A DNA stretch of 51,581 nucleotides. Origin: Acidimicrobiales bacterium (GTDB taxonomy: Bacteria > Actinomycetota > Acidimicrobiia > Acidimicrobiales > SHLQ01). Each line of letters begins with the position of its first letter. Positions within the stretch are counted from its first letter, which is position 1. The notes under the pieces are model-generated. The model was given only the letters and a program-made list of their open reading frames with translations, searched no databases and had not been told where the DNA came from. The stretch is from NCBI GenBank assembly GCA_004282895.1, contig SHLQ01000003.1, positions 1-51,581 of the forward strand. The letters are read 5' to 3'. A program made the position numbers and the translations under genes. This document shows, one piece after another, positions 1 to 7,671 of the stretch.

Positions 1-1180
1 AGCGCGGCCTGCAGGTCCTCGTTCGCGCGCGTGAGCTGCTCGCGGTCCTCGATCGCCTCGTCGACGAGCTCGAGGAGGAGCGAGCGCGAGCCGCCGCCCG
101 GGCCCTCGACGTCGCCGCCGCCGTTGATCGCATTCGTCGTTTGATCGTCGGCAGCGTGAACAACTCGGAGATCGAGTACGGGGCCAGTGACCCGTCGTCA
201 TTCGGATCAACAATGACGCGAGCGTTCGAGGAACAGGTTCCTGTCGGAGCGGCGTGCTGGAGTGTCCACGTGATGACCGTTCGCTCCCATGGTGCAGCCA
301 CACCGCCAATGAGGCTGCCTTTCACGGCATAGACGGCGCCGGCGGCTGCGAGACCCGCAACGGGGATGAGCCACCACCACGCAGAGAACCCGCTCGTGTC
401 CGAACCGTCGGTGCCCGAGCCGCCGTCCGCAGCGCCCACGACCGTGGTGTCGGTGGCTGAGGACTCGTCCTGAGCGGCGTCGTCGGTTGCGTCGACCTGG
501 TCGTCGCCGGCGTCCGATCCGTCGTCGGGGCTGATCGCCACAACTGTCGAGGTTGGTGCGATTGTCGTCTCGGTCGCAACGGTGGTCGATGATGCGGTAT
601 CCGAGGCGTCACCGGTATCGGTTGCCGTCGTACTCGGCGCGACTGTCGTCGGAGTTGCGGTTGTGGGGGCCGCCGTCGTCGGTGCAACGGTGGTGGCGGG
701 TGCGGTCGTGGTGGTCGCGTTCGGCGCACGGGTCCCGACGCGCACCGATGCCGATCCTGTGGCCGGGCCTCCGGCGCCCTGGAGAACGATGTAGACGGTC
801 TGCAGACCGGAACCGGGCACGGCGCGACCGCCCCATGGTGTTCCGAGCTCTGCATTCGGCGGGTTGTTGAACGATTCACCCGGTCCGGCGCCAGCGAGAT
901 AGAACGCCACGTTCAGCGTGTCGAATGGTCCGCTCACGTACGTGATGTTGACGACCTGGCCGCCTTCCACCGTTGTCAGCAGGACGAGGTAACAGGACGT
1001 CGAGAGCTCCACCGCGACGGTCGCTCCCACCGGCGCCGGCTGGCCGCCGGGGAACGCCGCCTGGTCATCACTGCAATTGAACTCGTTGCCAAGCAGAGGA
1101 GAACTCTGGGCGGCGGCGGCCGGAACCGCGAGAAGCAGGAACGCGAGCGCGACGAAGAGGGGGGAGAGGCGGCGAAACAT
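1..1180 (-). CDS. Secreted, membrane-anchored protein with Thr-rich and acidic linker (3' end runs off the window; absent from ORF track)
   Basis: My translation from ATG at 1180 has no stop to the window edge. It reads MFRRLSPLFVALAFLLLAVPAAAA (signal peptide), a Cys-containing globular part, TTTTAPATTVAPTTAAPTTATPTTVAPSTT, a D/E-rich stretch, then WWWLIPVAGLAAAGAVYAVK (TM helix). The last ~130 nt look out of frame (see findings). Confidence 0.8.
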   Translation of the reverse strand, partial: MFRRLSPLFVALAFLLLAVPAAAAQSSPLLGNEFNCSDDQAAFPGGQPAPVGATVAVELSTSCYLVLLTTVEGGQVVNITYVSGPFDTLNVAFYLAGAGPGESFNNPPNAELGTPWGGRAVPGSGLQTVYIVLQGAGGPATGSASVRVGTRAPNATTTTAPATTVAPTTAAPTTATPTTVAPSTTATDTGDASDTASSTTVATETTIAPTSTVVAISPDDGSDAGDDQVDATDDAAQDESSATDTTVVGAADGGSGTDGSDTSGFSAWWWLIPVAGLAAAGAVYAVKGSLIGGVAAPWERTVITWTLQHAAPTGTCSSNARVIVDPNDDGSLAPYSISELFTLPTIKRRMRSTAAATSRARAAARARSSSSSSTRRSRTASSSRARTRTCRPR

Positions 1181-1310
1181 CCCAACCAGTGTGACAGCTC
1201 ACGCGGTCAGAGTGGTGAAGAAGGGCCAACCGACCCAGAAACGCTGTCGGTCGGCGTGGACACGCGAAACCGGCAACGGCCGCATGGAGATCGCCGGTGT
1301 CGACTCCTGT

Positions 1311-1342
1311 AGAGAGAAAATGCGACGGTCTTCGACCGCCGC
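1311..1342 (-). terminator. Intrinsic terminator of the csp gene
   Basis: Minus strand GCGGCGGTC-GAA-GACCGTCGC (9-bp stem, one G-U) followed by ATTTTCTCTCT, 5 nt after the csp stop. Confidence 0.75.
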
Positions 1343-1347
1343 TGGTC

Positions 1348-1548
1348 TTACATCGGGGTGACTTCGAGAGCCTCGGGACCCTTGCGGCCCGGGCCGATCT
1401 CGAACTGCACCGCTTGGCCCTCTTCGAGGGAGCGGTAGCCGTCGCCGGCAATGTTGGAGTAGTGCACGAAGACGTCATCGCCGTCGTCGCGGGAGATGAA
1501 GCCGTAGCCCTTCTCGTTGTTGAAGAACTTCACGGTGCCAGTAGGCAT
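1348..1548 (-). CDS. cspA: Cold-shock protein (CspA family)
   Basis: [15 protein letters not shown] (RNP1) and DVFVHYS (RNP2), 66 aa. Confidence 0.97.
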   Translation of the reverse strand: MPTGTVKFFNNEKGYGFISRDDGDDVFVHYSNIAGDGYRSLEEGQAVQFEIGPGRKGPEALEVTPM

Positions 1549-1617
1549 AACTTGCTTCTTTCTGTTGCTGCCCGGCGAACCGAGCCACTCAACCAGCGAG
1601 TGTTGGGTATCAGGTTA
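1549..1617 (-). promoter_or_regulatory. Putative -10 box (TAACCT) and structured csp 5' leader
   Basis: TAACCT at 1617-1612, then hairpins CACTC-N7-GAGTG and GCTCGG-TTCG-CCGGGC, then purine-rich AGAAAGAAG before the ATG. Confidence 0.5.
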
Positions 1618-1679
1618 TTCCCTCGGGCGCGCGGGCGCTCGTCGTCAATGGGGAATTTCGCGATTCGCTCGGCGCGTAC

Positions 1680-2552
1680 TCAGGCGGCAAGCGGCGGTGC
1701 ACTGGTGCGGCCGAGGCCCATTCCGGCCTGAGTCCATACCGGCAGCGTGTTCGTGACGGGATCAAATTCCATGAGCCACTGCGCCATCCAGGGCGGGTCC
1801 ACGAGGGACTCCGGGTGGAAATCCCGGGTCAAGGAGGAGGCGAGCAGAGGCAGGAGCACCCAGGCCAAGCTGAAGCCCCAACCGATGAGGCGCATCCAGC
1901 GAATGGGATTGAAGACGTGACGCGAGCTGACAAACAGCGCGAGACCACCAAAGAGGGTGAAACCGATGAGGAACACGAAGGCGGTGAGTGTTCCGAGGGG
2001 ATAGAAACGACGCGATCCCTCCGTTGCCACCATCACGTCGTGGGCGACACCTTTGTGCTCGATTTCCTCCGCGAGATGCCACAGGTAAAGTGACGCCGCT
2101 TCGTCGTCGGCACCAGCCATCAGGTCGGTCAAGCGTTCCTCGGTCCAACGGGCCGACGCAAACGCAACAATCTCGAAGGCGGCGGCGAACGCTGCGCCAA
2201 ATGCCGGACTGCGCGAACCTAGCCAACCAAAGATCCGCCGGCCGACACGATCAAGTAGTCGGGCAACGCGGGACTGGGCGAGCAGCTGCTCGTTGAAGTT
2301 TCTGTGCGCCCGGAAGTGGGCGGCCTCCTGGCCGGCCCAGATGTCGACGTTGTGGCGAAGGTCCCGGTCGTCGGACTGGCGGGCGGCCGATCGCACGGCG
2401 CGAATGACGTACGGCTCCGCATGGGGCATCAGTATCGAGATGGCATTGGCCCCACAGGCGAACTCGGGTAGGCGGGGATGCCACGCCGACACGTCGATGT
2501 TGCTGTAGTCGAACGAGATGCGACGAACCACGGGGGTCGAATTACTCTGCAC
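1680..2552 (-). CDS. Predicted metal-dependent hydrolase (ferritin-like E/H-rich family)
   Basis: QEAAHFRAH and WHLAEEIEHKGVAHD motifs, C-terminal FHP, two hydrophobic segments. Confidence 0.8.
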   Translation of the reverse strand: MQSNSTPVVRRISFDYSNIDVSAWHPRLPEFACGANAISILMPHAEPYVIRAVRSAARQSDDRDLRHNVDIWAGQEAAHFRAHRNFNEQLLAQSRVARLLDRVGRRIFGWLGSRSPAFGAAFAAAFEIVAFASARWTEERLTDLMAGADDEAASLYLWHLAEEIEHKGVAHDVMVATEGSRRFYPLGTLTAFVFLIGFTLFGGLALFVSSRHVFNPIRWMRLIGWGFSLAWVLLPLLASSLTRDFHPESLVDPPWMAQWLMEFDPVTNTLPVWTQAGMGLGRTSAPPLAA

Positions 2553-2559
2553 GCTTTTT

Positions 2560-2588
2560 CTATCGGTATCCGGCGGGGCCGACGTGAG
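2560..2588 (-). promoter_or_regulatory. Possible sigma-28 (FliA/WhiG)-type promoter
   Basis: Minus strand CTCA-N17-ACCGATAG, 7 nt upstream of the GTG start at 2552. Confidence 0.35.
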
Positions 2589-2598
2589 GAGTGGGCGG

Positions 2599-2943
2599 TC
2601 AGCCCGCGAGCAACGTTTGGCTGTCGACGAGAAACAGGACGGCCAGCAAGACGATCACGGCCAGGTTCATTGCGCTCGCCCACCACTTGTACGGGTGATC
2701 CGCTGCGAAGAACCGACGGATACTCAACACATTGAAGACGACGGCGACGACACCGATGAGAATGCCGGCGACCGCACCAACACTCGCCGTGATGCCGATG
2801 AGAGGAGCGACGAACGGGAAGATGACGTACGTCAGCGTGCATCGAATTCCGGAGATGACGACTGACTTCGAGAAGACGCGCTCCGCGGGATCGGATTCGG
2901 GGGTCTGATCAGTTTCCGGAGAGCTGACGGCGGCATCGGTCAT
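2599..2943 (-). CDS. Small three-TM membrane protein of unknown function
   Basis: Three hydrophobic helices including SVVISGIRCTLTYVIFPF; ATG at 2943 has TACCCT 9 nt upstream. Confidence 0.75.
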   Translation of the reverse strand: MTDAAVSSPETDQTPESDPAERVFSKSVVISGIRCTLTYVIFPFVAPLIGITASVGAVAGILIGVVAVVFNVLSIRRFFAADHPYKWWASAMNLAVIVLLAVLFLVDSQTLLAG

Positions 2944-3028
2944 GACCTCGTCAGGGTACCGAGCTTTGGCCGATGGCGCAGCCTGGGCGACATGAGGATG
3001 GTCCACCGTCGCTTCGGGAGAGTTGGAC

Positions 3029-3049
3029 TAGTGTCGTACAGGTGTTCGT
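3029..3049 (+). promoter_or_regulatory. -10 box plus LexA (SOS) box overlapping the ruvC start
   Basis: TAGTGT at 3029-3034; TCGTAC-AGGT-GTTCGT at 3034-3049 matches CGAAC-N4-GTTCG with one mismatch. Confidence 0.6.
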
Positions 3050-3545
3050 CCTTGGTATTGATCCCGGACTCACACGCTGCGGCTACGGCTGCATCGAGTG
3101 GTCCGGCCCCAACAAAGTTCGCGCCATCTCCGCGGGGGTGATCAAAACCGACGCCGGTGTGGAGCTGCCGGAACGTCTCGCAACCCTGCAACGGGAGATT
3201 CGATCACTCATCGATGAATTCTCGCCGCAGGCGGTCGCCATCGAGCGGGTGCTCTTTCAGGTGAACGTGCAGACCGCGATGGCGGTCGGCCATGCATCGG
3301 GCGTCGTGATGGCCGAAGCCGCGGCATCCGGGTGCTCCGTGGCGCAGTACAGTCCCAACGAAATCAAGCTGGCCGTCACCGGGTATGGCGCCGCCGACAA
3401 ACAACAGGTGGAGCGAATGGTCCGGGCCCAACTGAAGATCGAGCAGGAACTCAAGCCGGTGGATGCGGCCGACGCAATCGCGGTGGCGTTGTGCCATACG
3501 GCGATCGTCGGCGTTCCTCCCGTACCCAGCGGAGCTACCCGATGA
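3042..3545 (+). CDS. ruvC: Holliday junction resolvase RuvC
   Basis: VLGIDPGLTRCGYG, AIERV, VTGYGAADKQQV, DAADAIAVA; start moved to GTG 3042. Confidence 0.96.
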   Translation: MFVLGIDPGLTRCGYGCIEWSGPNKVRAISAGVIKTDAGVELPERLATLQREIRSLIDEFSPQAVAIERVLFQVNVQTAMAVGHASGVVMAEAAASGCSVAQYSPNEIKLAVTGYGAADKQQVERMVRAQLKIEQELKPVDAADAIAVALCHTAIVGVPPVPSGATR

Positions 3546-4144
3546 TCGGCTCGCTGCGAGGCACTCTGCTCGATGTTGATCGGGATCGGGGAGAGCTGCT
3601 GGTCGAGGTCAACGGCGTCGGTTACCGGGTGAGTGTCACCACCGGCGAGGCCTATACCCATCGGTCCGGCGAAGAGGCCTTCCTGCACATCCATCACCAA
3701 CAACGGGAGGATGCGCAGATTTTGTATGGATTCGCGACGATCGACGAACGTCGTGTGTTCGAAGCGGTGATCTCTGCCCATGGCGTCGGGCCCGCGCTTG
3801 GCCTCGCGATCCTGTCGGTCCACGGACCCGCCGAGCTCAAGGTGGTGCTGGCGAGCGAAGACCTCGATGCATTGTGTTCGGTGCCGGGTGTGGGCAAGAA
3901 GACCGCGACTCGGCTTCTGATCGAGCTGAAGTCGAAGCTTGATCTACCGGATGTGGATCTGTCGGCGATCGAACGGCCGTCGCCGGAGGCAGCAACCCCG
4001 GCGCATGTCGAGGTTCGCCAGGCGCTCGAGTCGCTTGGGTATGTCGGTGATGACATCCGATCCGTTCTGGCCAAACTTCCGGCGGAAGGCGACTCTGCGA
4101 CCCTCACCCGGGATGCGCTGCGGATGATGGCAGAAGGCGTCTGA
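3542..4144 (+). CDS. ruvA: Holliday junction branch migration protein RuvA
   Basis: MIGSLRG, VNGVGY, LYGF, HhH motifs GVGP and VPGVGKKTA; ATGA overlap with ruvC. Confidence 0.96.
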   Translation: MIGSLRGTLLDVDRDRGELLVEVNGVGYRVSVTTGEAYTHRSGEEAFLHIHHQQREDAQILYGFATIDERRVFEAVISAHGVGPALGLAILSVHGPAELKVVLASEDLDALCSVPGVGKKTATRLLIELKSKLDLPDVDLSAIERPSPEAATPAHVEVRQALESLGYVGDDIRSVLAKLPAEGDSATLTRDALRMMAEGV

Positions 4145-4145
4145 C

Positions 4146-5183
4146 GTGCGCGAGGAACTGCTGTCGCCTGACGGTGACGACGAGGAACGCACCGAAGAAG
4201 TTGGGCTGCGTCCGCAGTCATTGGAGGACTTCGTCGGTCAGGAGCAGCTGAAGGGGCATCTTCGGGTGATGCTGGAGGCAGCTCGCGGTCGCGAGCAGTC
4301 CATGGGTCACCTGTTGTTCGCCGGGCCACCCGGGCTTGGCAAGACCACCCTGGCCACGATCGTGGCCAACGAGATGGGCGCGACCATCCACGTCACGTCC
4401 GGTCCCGCGCTCGAGAAGGCGGGCGACCTTGCCGCCATTCTCACGAAGCTTGAGGACGGCGACGTGCTCTTCATCGACGAGATCCATCGATTGGCGCGGC
4501 CGGTCGAGGAGGTGCTCTACCCGGCGATGGAGGACTTCCAGCTCGATCTGGTGTTGGGCAAAGGTCCGGCCGCGCGCACGATGCGGCTGCCGGTCGCACA
4601 CTTCACGCTGATTGGGGCAACCACCCGAACCGGCCTCATCACCGGACCACTGCGCGACCGCTTCGACTACCCCGCCCGTCTCGACTACTACGAACCCGAG
4701 GAGTTGCGATCCATTGTTCTGCGTGCCGCCGGGATTCTGGGAGTGGCGATCGATGAGGATGGCGCAACCGAGATCGCTGGCCGAAGCCGGGGTACACCCC
4801 GGATCTCCAATCGGCTTCTTCGTCAGGTCCGCGACTTTGCCGAGGTGGAACGTGACGGCAAGATCACCAATGCGGTGGCGCGCGATGGCCTCGAGTTCTT
4901 TGGGGTCGACGAGCGTGGCCTCGACAAGGCAACCCGCGCGCTGCTGACCTCGCTGTGCACGATGTTCGAGGGCGGCCCGGTTGGGTTGAAGACACTGTCG
5001 ATCAGCGTCAGCGAACCAACCGAAACCGTCGAGGACGTGTACGAGCCCTACCTGATCCAACAGGGTCTGCTCATTCGTACCCCGCAGGGCCGCGTCGCAA
5101 CGGTCGCTGCGTGGCGTCACCTCGGCCTGTCGCCGCCCACGAGCAGCCCCGACCGGGACACACCTCCCGGCTTGTTCGATTAG
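4146..5183 (+). CDS. ruvB: Holliday junction DNA helicase RuvB
   Basis: [35 protein letters not shown]. Confidence 0.98.
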   Translation: MREELLSPDGDDEERTEEVGLRPQSLEDFVGQEQLKGHLRVMLEAARGREQSMGHLLFAGPPGLGKTTLATIVANEMGATIHVTSGPALEKAGDLAAILTKLEDGDVLFIDEIHRLARPVEEVLYPAMEDFQLDLVLGKGPAARTMRLPVAHFTLIGATTRTGLITGPLRDRFDYPARLDYYEPEELRSIVLRAAGILGVAIDEDGATEIAGRSRGTPRISNRLLRQVRDFAEVERDGKITNAVARDGLEFFGVDERGLDKATRALLTSLCTMFEGGPVGLKTLSISVSEPTETVEDVYEPYLIQQGLLIRTPQGRVATVAAWRHLGLSPPTSSPDRDTPPGLFD

Positions 5184-5204
5184 ATCGGTACGCTCGGCGT
5201 CGTC

Positions 5205-6236
5205 ATGGCGCTGATCTCCGAGTTCGACTACCCGCTGCCTGCCGATCACATCGCGCAGGTTCCGCTCGCCGACCGCTCGGCGTCGAAACTGCTGGTCGAC
5301 CGCGGCACGGCCGCCCCCGAACACCGAACGGTCGCCGATCTGCCATCCCTGCTGCGTGAGGGCGACCTGCTCGTCGTGAACGACACCCGCGTGTTACCGG
5401 CGCGGATCTTCGCCCGCCGGACCACCGGCGGTCGCACCGAAGTCCTTCTGCTCCAGCCCGACGGACCTGCAGCAACCGCGCTCGCGAGTCCACGCTCTGT
5501 CTGGGAAGCATTGGTCAAGCCGAGTCGAAAGGTCGAATCCGGCACCCAACTCGAGATCGAGGGTGAGTCCGACCTGACAATCACGGTCACCGACGATCTT
5601 GGGGAGGGACGACGTCGCGTGATCATCGAGTCGGAGGACCTGGACGCGGCGCTCGCCCGAATTGGGAACATGCCCCTTCCTCCGTACATCACCACGGCAC
5701 TGGCCGAGCCCGAGCGCTACCAAACCATCTACGCAGATCAACCCGGGAGTGCAGCCGCACCGACCGCAGGACTGCACCTGACGGCCCCGTTGCTCGACGA
5801 GCTGCGGTCCCGTGGTGTCGGTGTGGCCACCGTGGACCTCATCGTCGGCCTCGACACGTTTCGCCCGGTGCAGGTCGAAGATCTCGACGACCATCGGATG
5901 CACAGTGAGCGCTACCACATCCCCGATGACACGCTCTCCGCACTCGAGACCGCAGCACGGGTGGTCGCCGTCGGCACCACCACCGTGCGGGCCCTGGAGT
6001 CCTCCGTTCGGCGGGGCCCGACCGGCTCGACCGACCTCTTCATTCGTCGCCCGTTCGACTTCGCCGTCGTCGATCTGATGATGACGAACTTCCACATGCC
6101 CAAGTCCACGTTGTTGGTGATGATCGACGCGTTCATCGGCTCGCGATGGCGGTCGTTGTATGAGCAGGCACTGGACGCGGACTACCGGTTCCTGTCCTTT
6201 GGTGACGCGATGCTGCTAGACCGGCACGCACGATGA
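5205..6236 (+). CDS. queA: SAM:tRNA ribosyltransferase-isomerase QueA
   Basis: FDYPLP..IAQ, VNDTRVLPAR, PLPPYI, AAPTAGLH, VGTT, TNFH.PKST, YRFLSFGDAM. Confidence 0.97.
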   Translation: MALISEFDYPLPADHIAQVPLADRSASKLLVDRGTAAPEHRTVADLPSLLREGDLLVVNDTRVLPARIFARRTTGGRTEVLLLQPDGPAATALASPRSVWEALVKPSRKVESGTQLEIEGESDLTITVTDDLGEGRRRVIIESEDLDAALARIGNMPLPPYITTALAEPERYQTIYADQPGSAAAPTAGLHLTAPLLDELRSRGVGVATVDLIVGLDTFRPVQVEDLDDHRMHSERYHIPDDTLSALETAARVVAVGTTTVRALESSVRRGPTGSTDLFIRRPFDFAVVDLMMTNFHMPKSTLLVMIDAFIGSRWRSLYEQALDADYRFLSFGDAMLLDRHAR

Positions 6237-7342
6237 AGGCCACCTTCGATCTCGAACACAAGGATGGCGATGCCCGCGCCGGCACCGTCACCACCGGCCG
6301 GGGCACCTTCTCGACGCCGTGTTTCATGCCCGTGGGAACCAGGGGAGCGGTCAAACACCTGTCGTCGAAAGACCTGTCCGAACTGGGGGCGCAGGTCATC
6401 CTCGGCAACACCTACCACTTGATGCTCCGTCCGGGGTCAGACATCGTCGAGTCGCTTGGCGGCCTCGGAAAGTTCGCCAACTGGGACGGACACACCCTCA
6501 CCGACTCCGGCGGCTATCAGGTGTTCAGCCTCGAACCGAAGATCAGCGACGAAGGAGCAATCTTCAAGAGCGTGTATGACGGGAGCAAGATCTCGCTGAC
6601 GCCTGAAGGGGCGGTCGACACACAGATCGCGATCGGTGCCGACATCCAGATGGTGCTCGACGTGTGTAGCGCACTGCCCAGCTCTGACGCGGTGATCCGA
6701 GAAGCGTTGGACCGCACGGCGTTGTGGGCGACCCGCGCCCGTTCCCGGTTCCTCGGTCACCCAACTGCATCGGAGCGGCTGAGCCAGTTCGGCATCGTGC
6801 AAGGTGGAATCGACCTGGCGATGCGAGCCGAGAGTGCCCAGCGAACCGTGGAGCTCGACTTCGACGGATATGCGGTCGGCGGACTGTCGGTGGGGGAACA
6901 TCGAACGCAATGGCATGAGCCGCTACGGGCGGCCACGGATCAGCTGCCGGCGGATCAGCCTCGGTATTTCATGGGTCTGGGCGACCCCGCGGGCATCGTT
7001 GACGCGGTCGCGCGCGGTATAGACATGTTCGATTGTGTTCTGCCGACTCGGTTGGCCCGCCACGGCACACTGCTGACCTCGCAGGGACGGATGAACCTGA
7101 CTCGCGCCGAATTCGCAAAGAGCGACGACCCGATCGATCCCGCCTATCCGGATTCGCCGGTCGCCGGATGGTCGCGGGGGTACCTCCGGCACCTGTTGCA
7201 GGTCAAGGAACCAACGGCCGCGCGCCTACTCACCATTCACAATCTCTGGTGGCTTCTCCGGTTCGTGGACGACATGCGCACGTCCATCACGAATGGCACG
7301 TTTGAGACGTTCGCTGCGGGTGTGCACGAGCAATGGAGCTGA
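6233..7342 (+). CDS. tgt: tRNA-guanine(34) transglycosylase Tgt
   Basis: TPCFMPVGT, NTYHL, TDSGGYQVFSL, GIVQGG, GGLSVGE, DMFDCVLPTR. Confidence 0.97.
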   Translation: MKATFDLEHKDGDARAGTVTTGRGTFSTPCFMPVGTRGAVKHLSSKDLSELGAQVILGNTYHLMLRPGSDIVESLGGLGKFANWDGHTLTDSGGYQVFSLEPKISDEGAIFKSVYDGSKISLTPEGAVDTQIAIGADIQMVLDVCSALPSSDAVIREALDRTALWATRARSRFLGHPTASERLSQFGIVQGGIDLAMRAESAQRTVELDFDGYAVGGLSVGEHRTQWHEPLRAATDQLPADQPRYFMGLGDPAGIVDAVARGIDMFDCVLPTRLARHGTLLTSQGRMNLTRAEFAKSDDPIDPAYPDSPVAGWSRGYLRHLLQVKEPTAARLLTIHNLWWLLRFVDDMRTSITNGTFETFAAGVHEQWS

Positions 7343-7381
7343 GGAGTAACCTCAGAGGCTGACCTAGTCGGGGAGCGACTC

Positions 7382-7666
7382 GTGCCAACAATTCTTCTGC
7401 TCGCGCTGCTGGTCGGCATGTGGGTACTGATCTTTCTGCCACAACAACGTCGCATGAAGGCGCATCAGGCCCTCGTGGCCTCCGTCAAGGAAGGTGACCG
7501 CGTCTTGTTGTCCTCCGGGGTCTACGGCAGCGTCACCGAAGTCATGGATTCGGCGTTGTACCTCGAGGTGGCCGATGGCATCGAGATCCTCGTGAGCAGG
7601 ACGCAGCTGCAGGAGATCCTCGAGGCATTTCCAACCGAACTGCCTGCCGCTGCCGAAGAGGAATAA
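7382..7666 (+). CDS. yajC: Preprotein translocase subunit YajC
   Basis: N-terminal TM, PQQRR, GDRV..SSGVYG; lies between tgt and secD. Confidence 0.92.
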   Translation: MPTILLLALLVGMWVLIFLPQQRRMKAHQALVASVKEGDRVLLSSGVYGSVTEVMDSALYLEVADGIEILVSRTQLQEILEAFPTELPAAAEEE

Positions 7667-7671
7667 GCCAC

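Noticed and set aside
540-725. Repetitive DNA here and at 24230-25150 as possible CRISPR or mobile repeats
   Set aside because: Degenerate codon-level low complexity in Thr-rich or Pro/Ala-rich protein regions; no constant repeat-spacer pattern.
1612-1648. TTGACG as the -35 for the csp promoter
   Set aside because: The spacing to TAACCT is 25 nt, too long.
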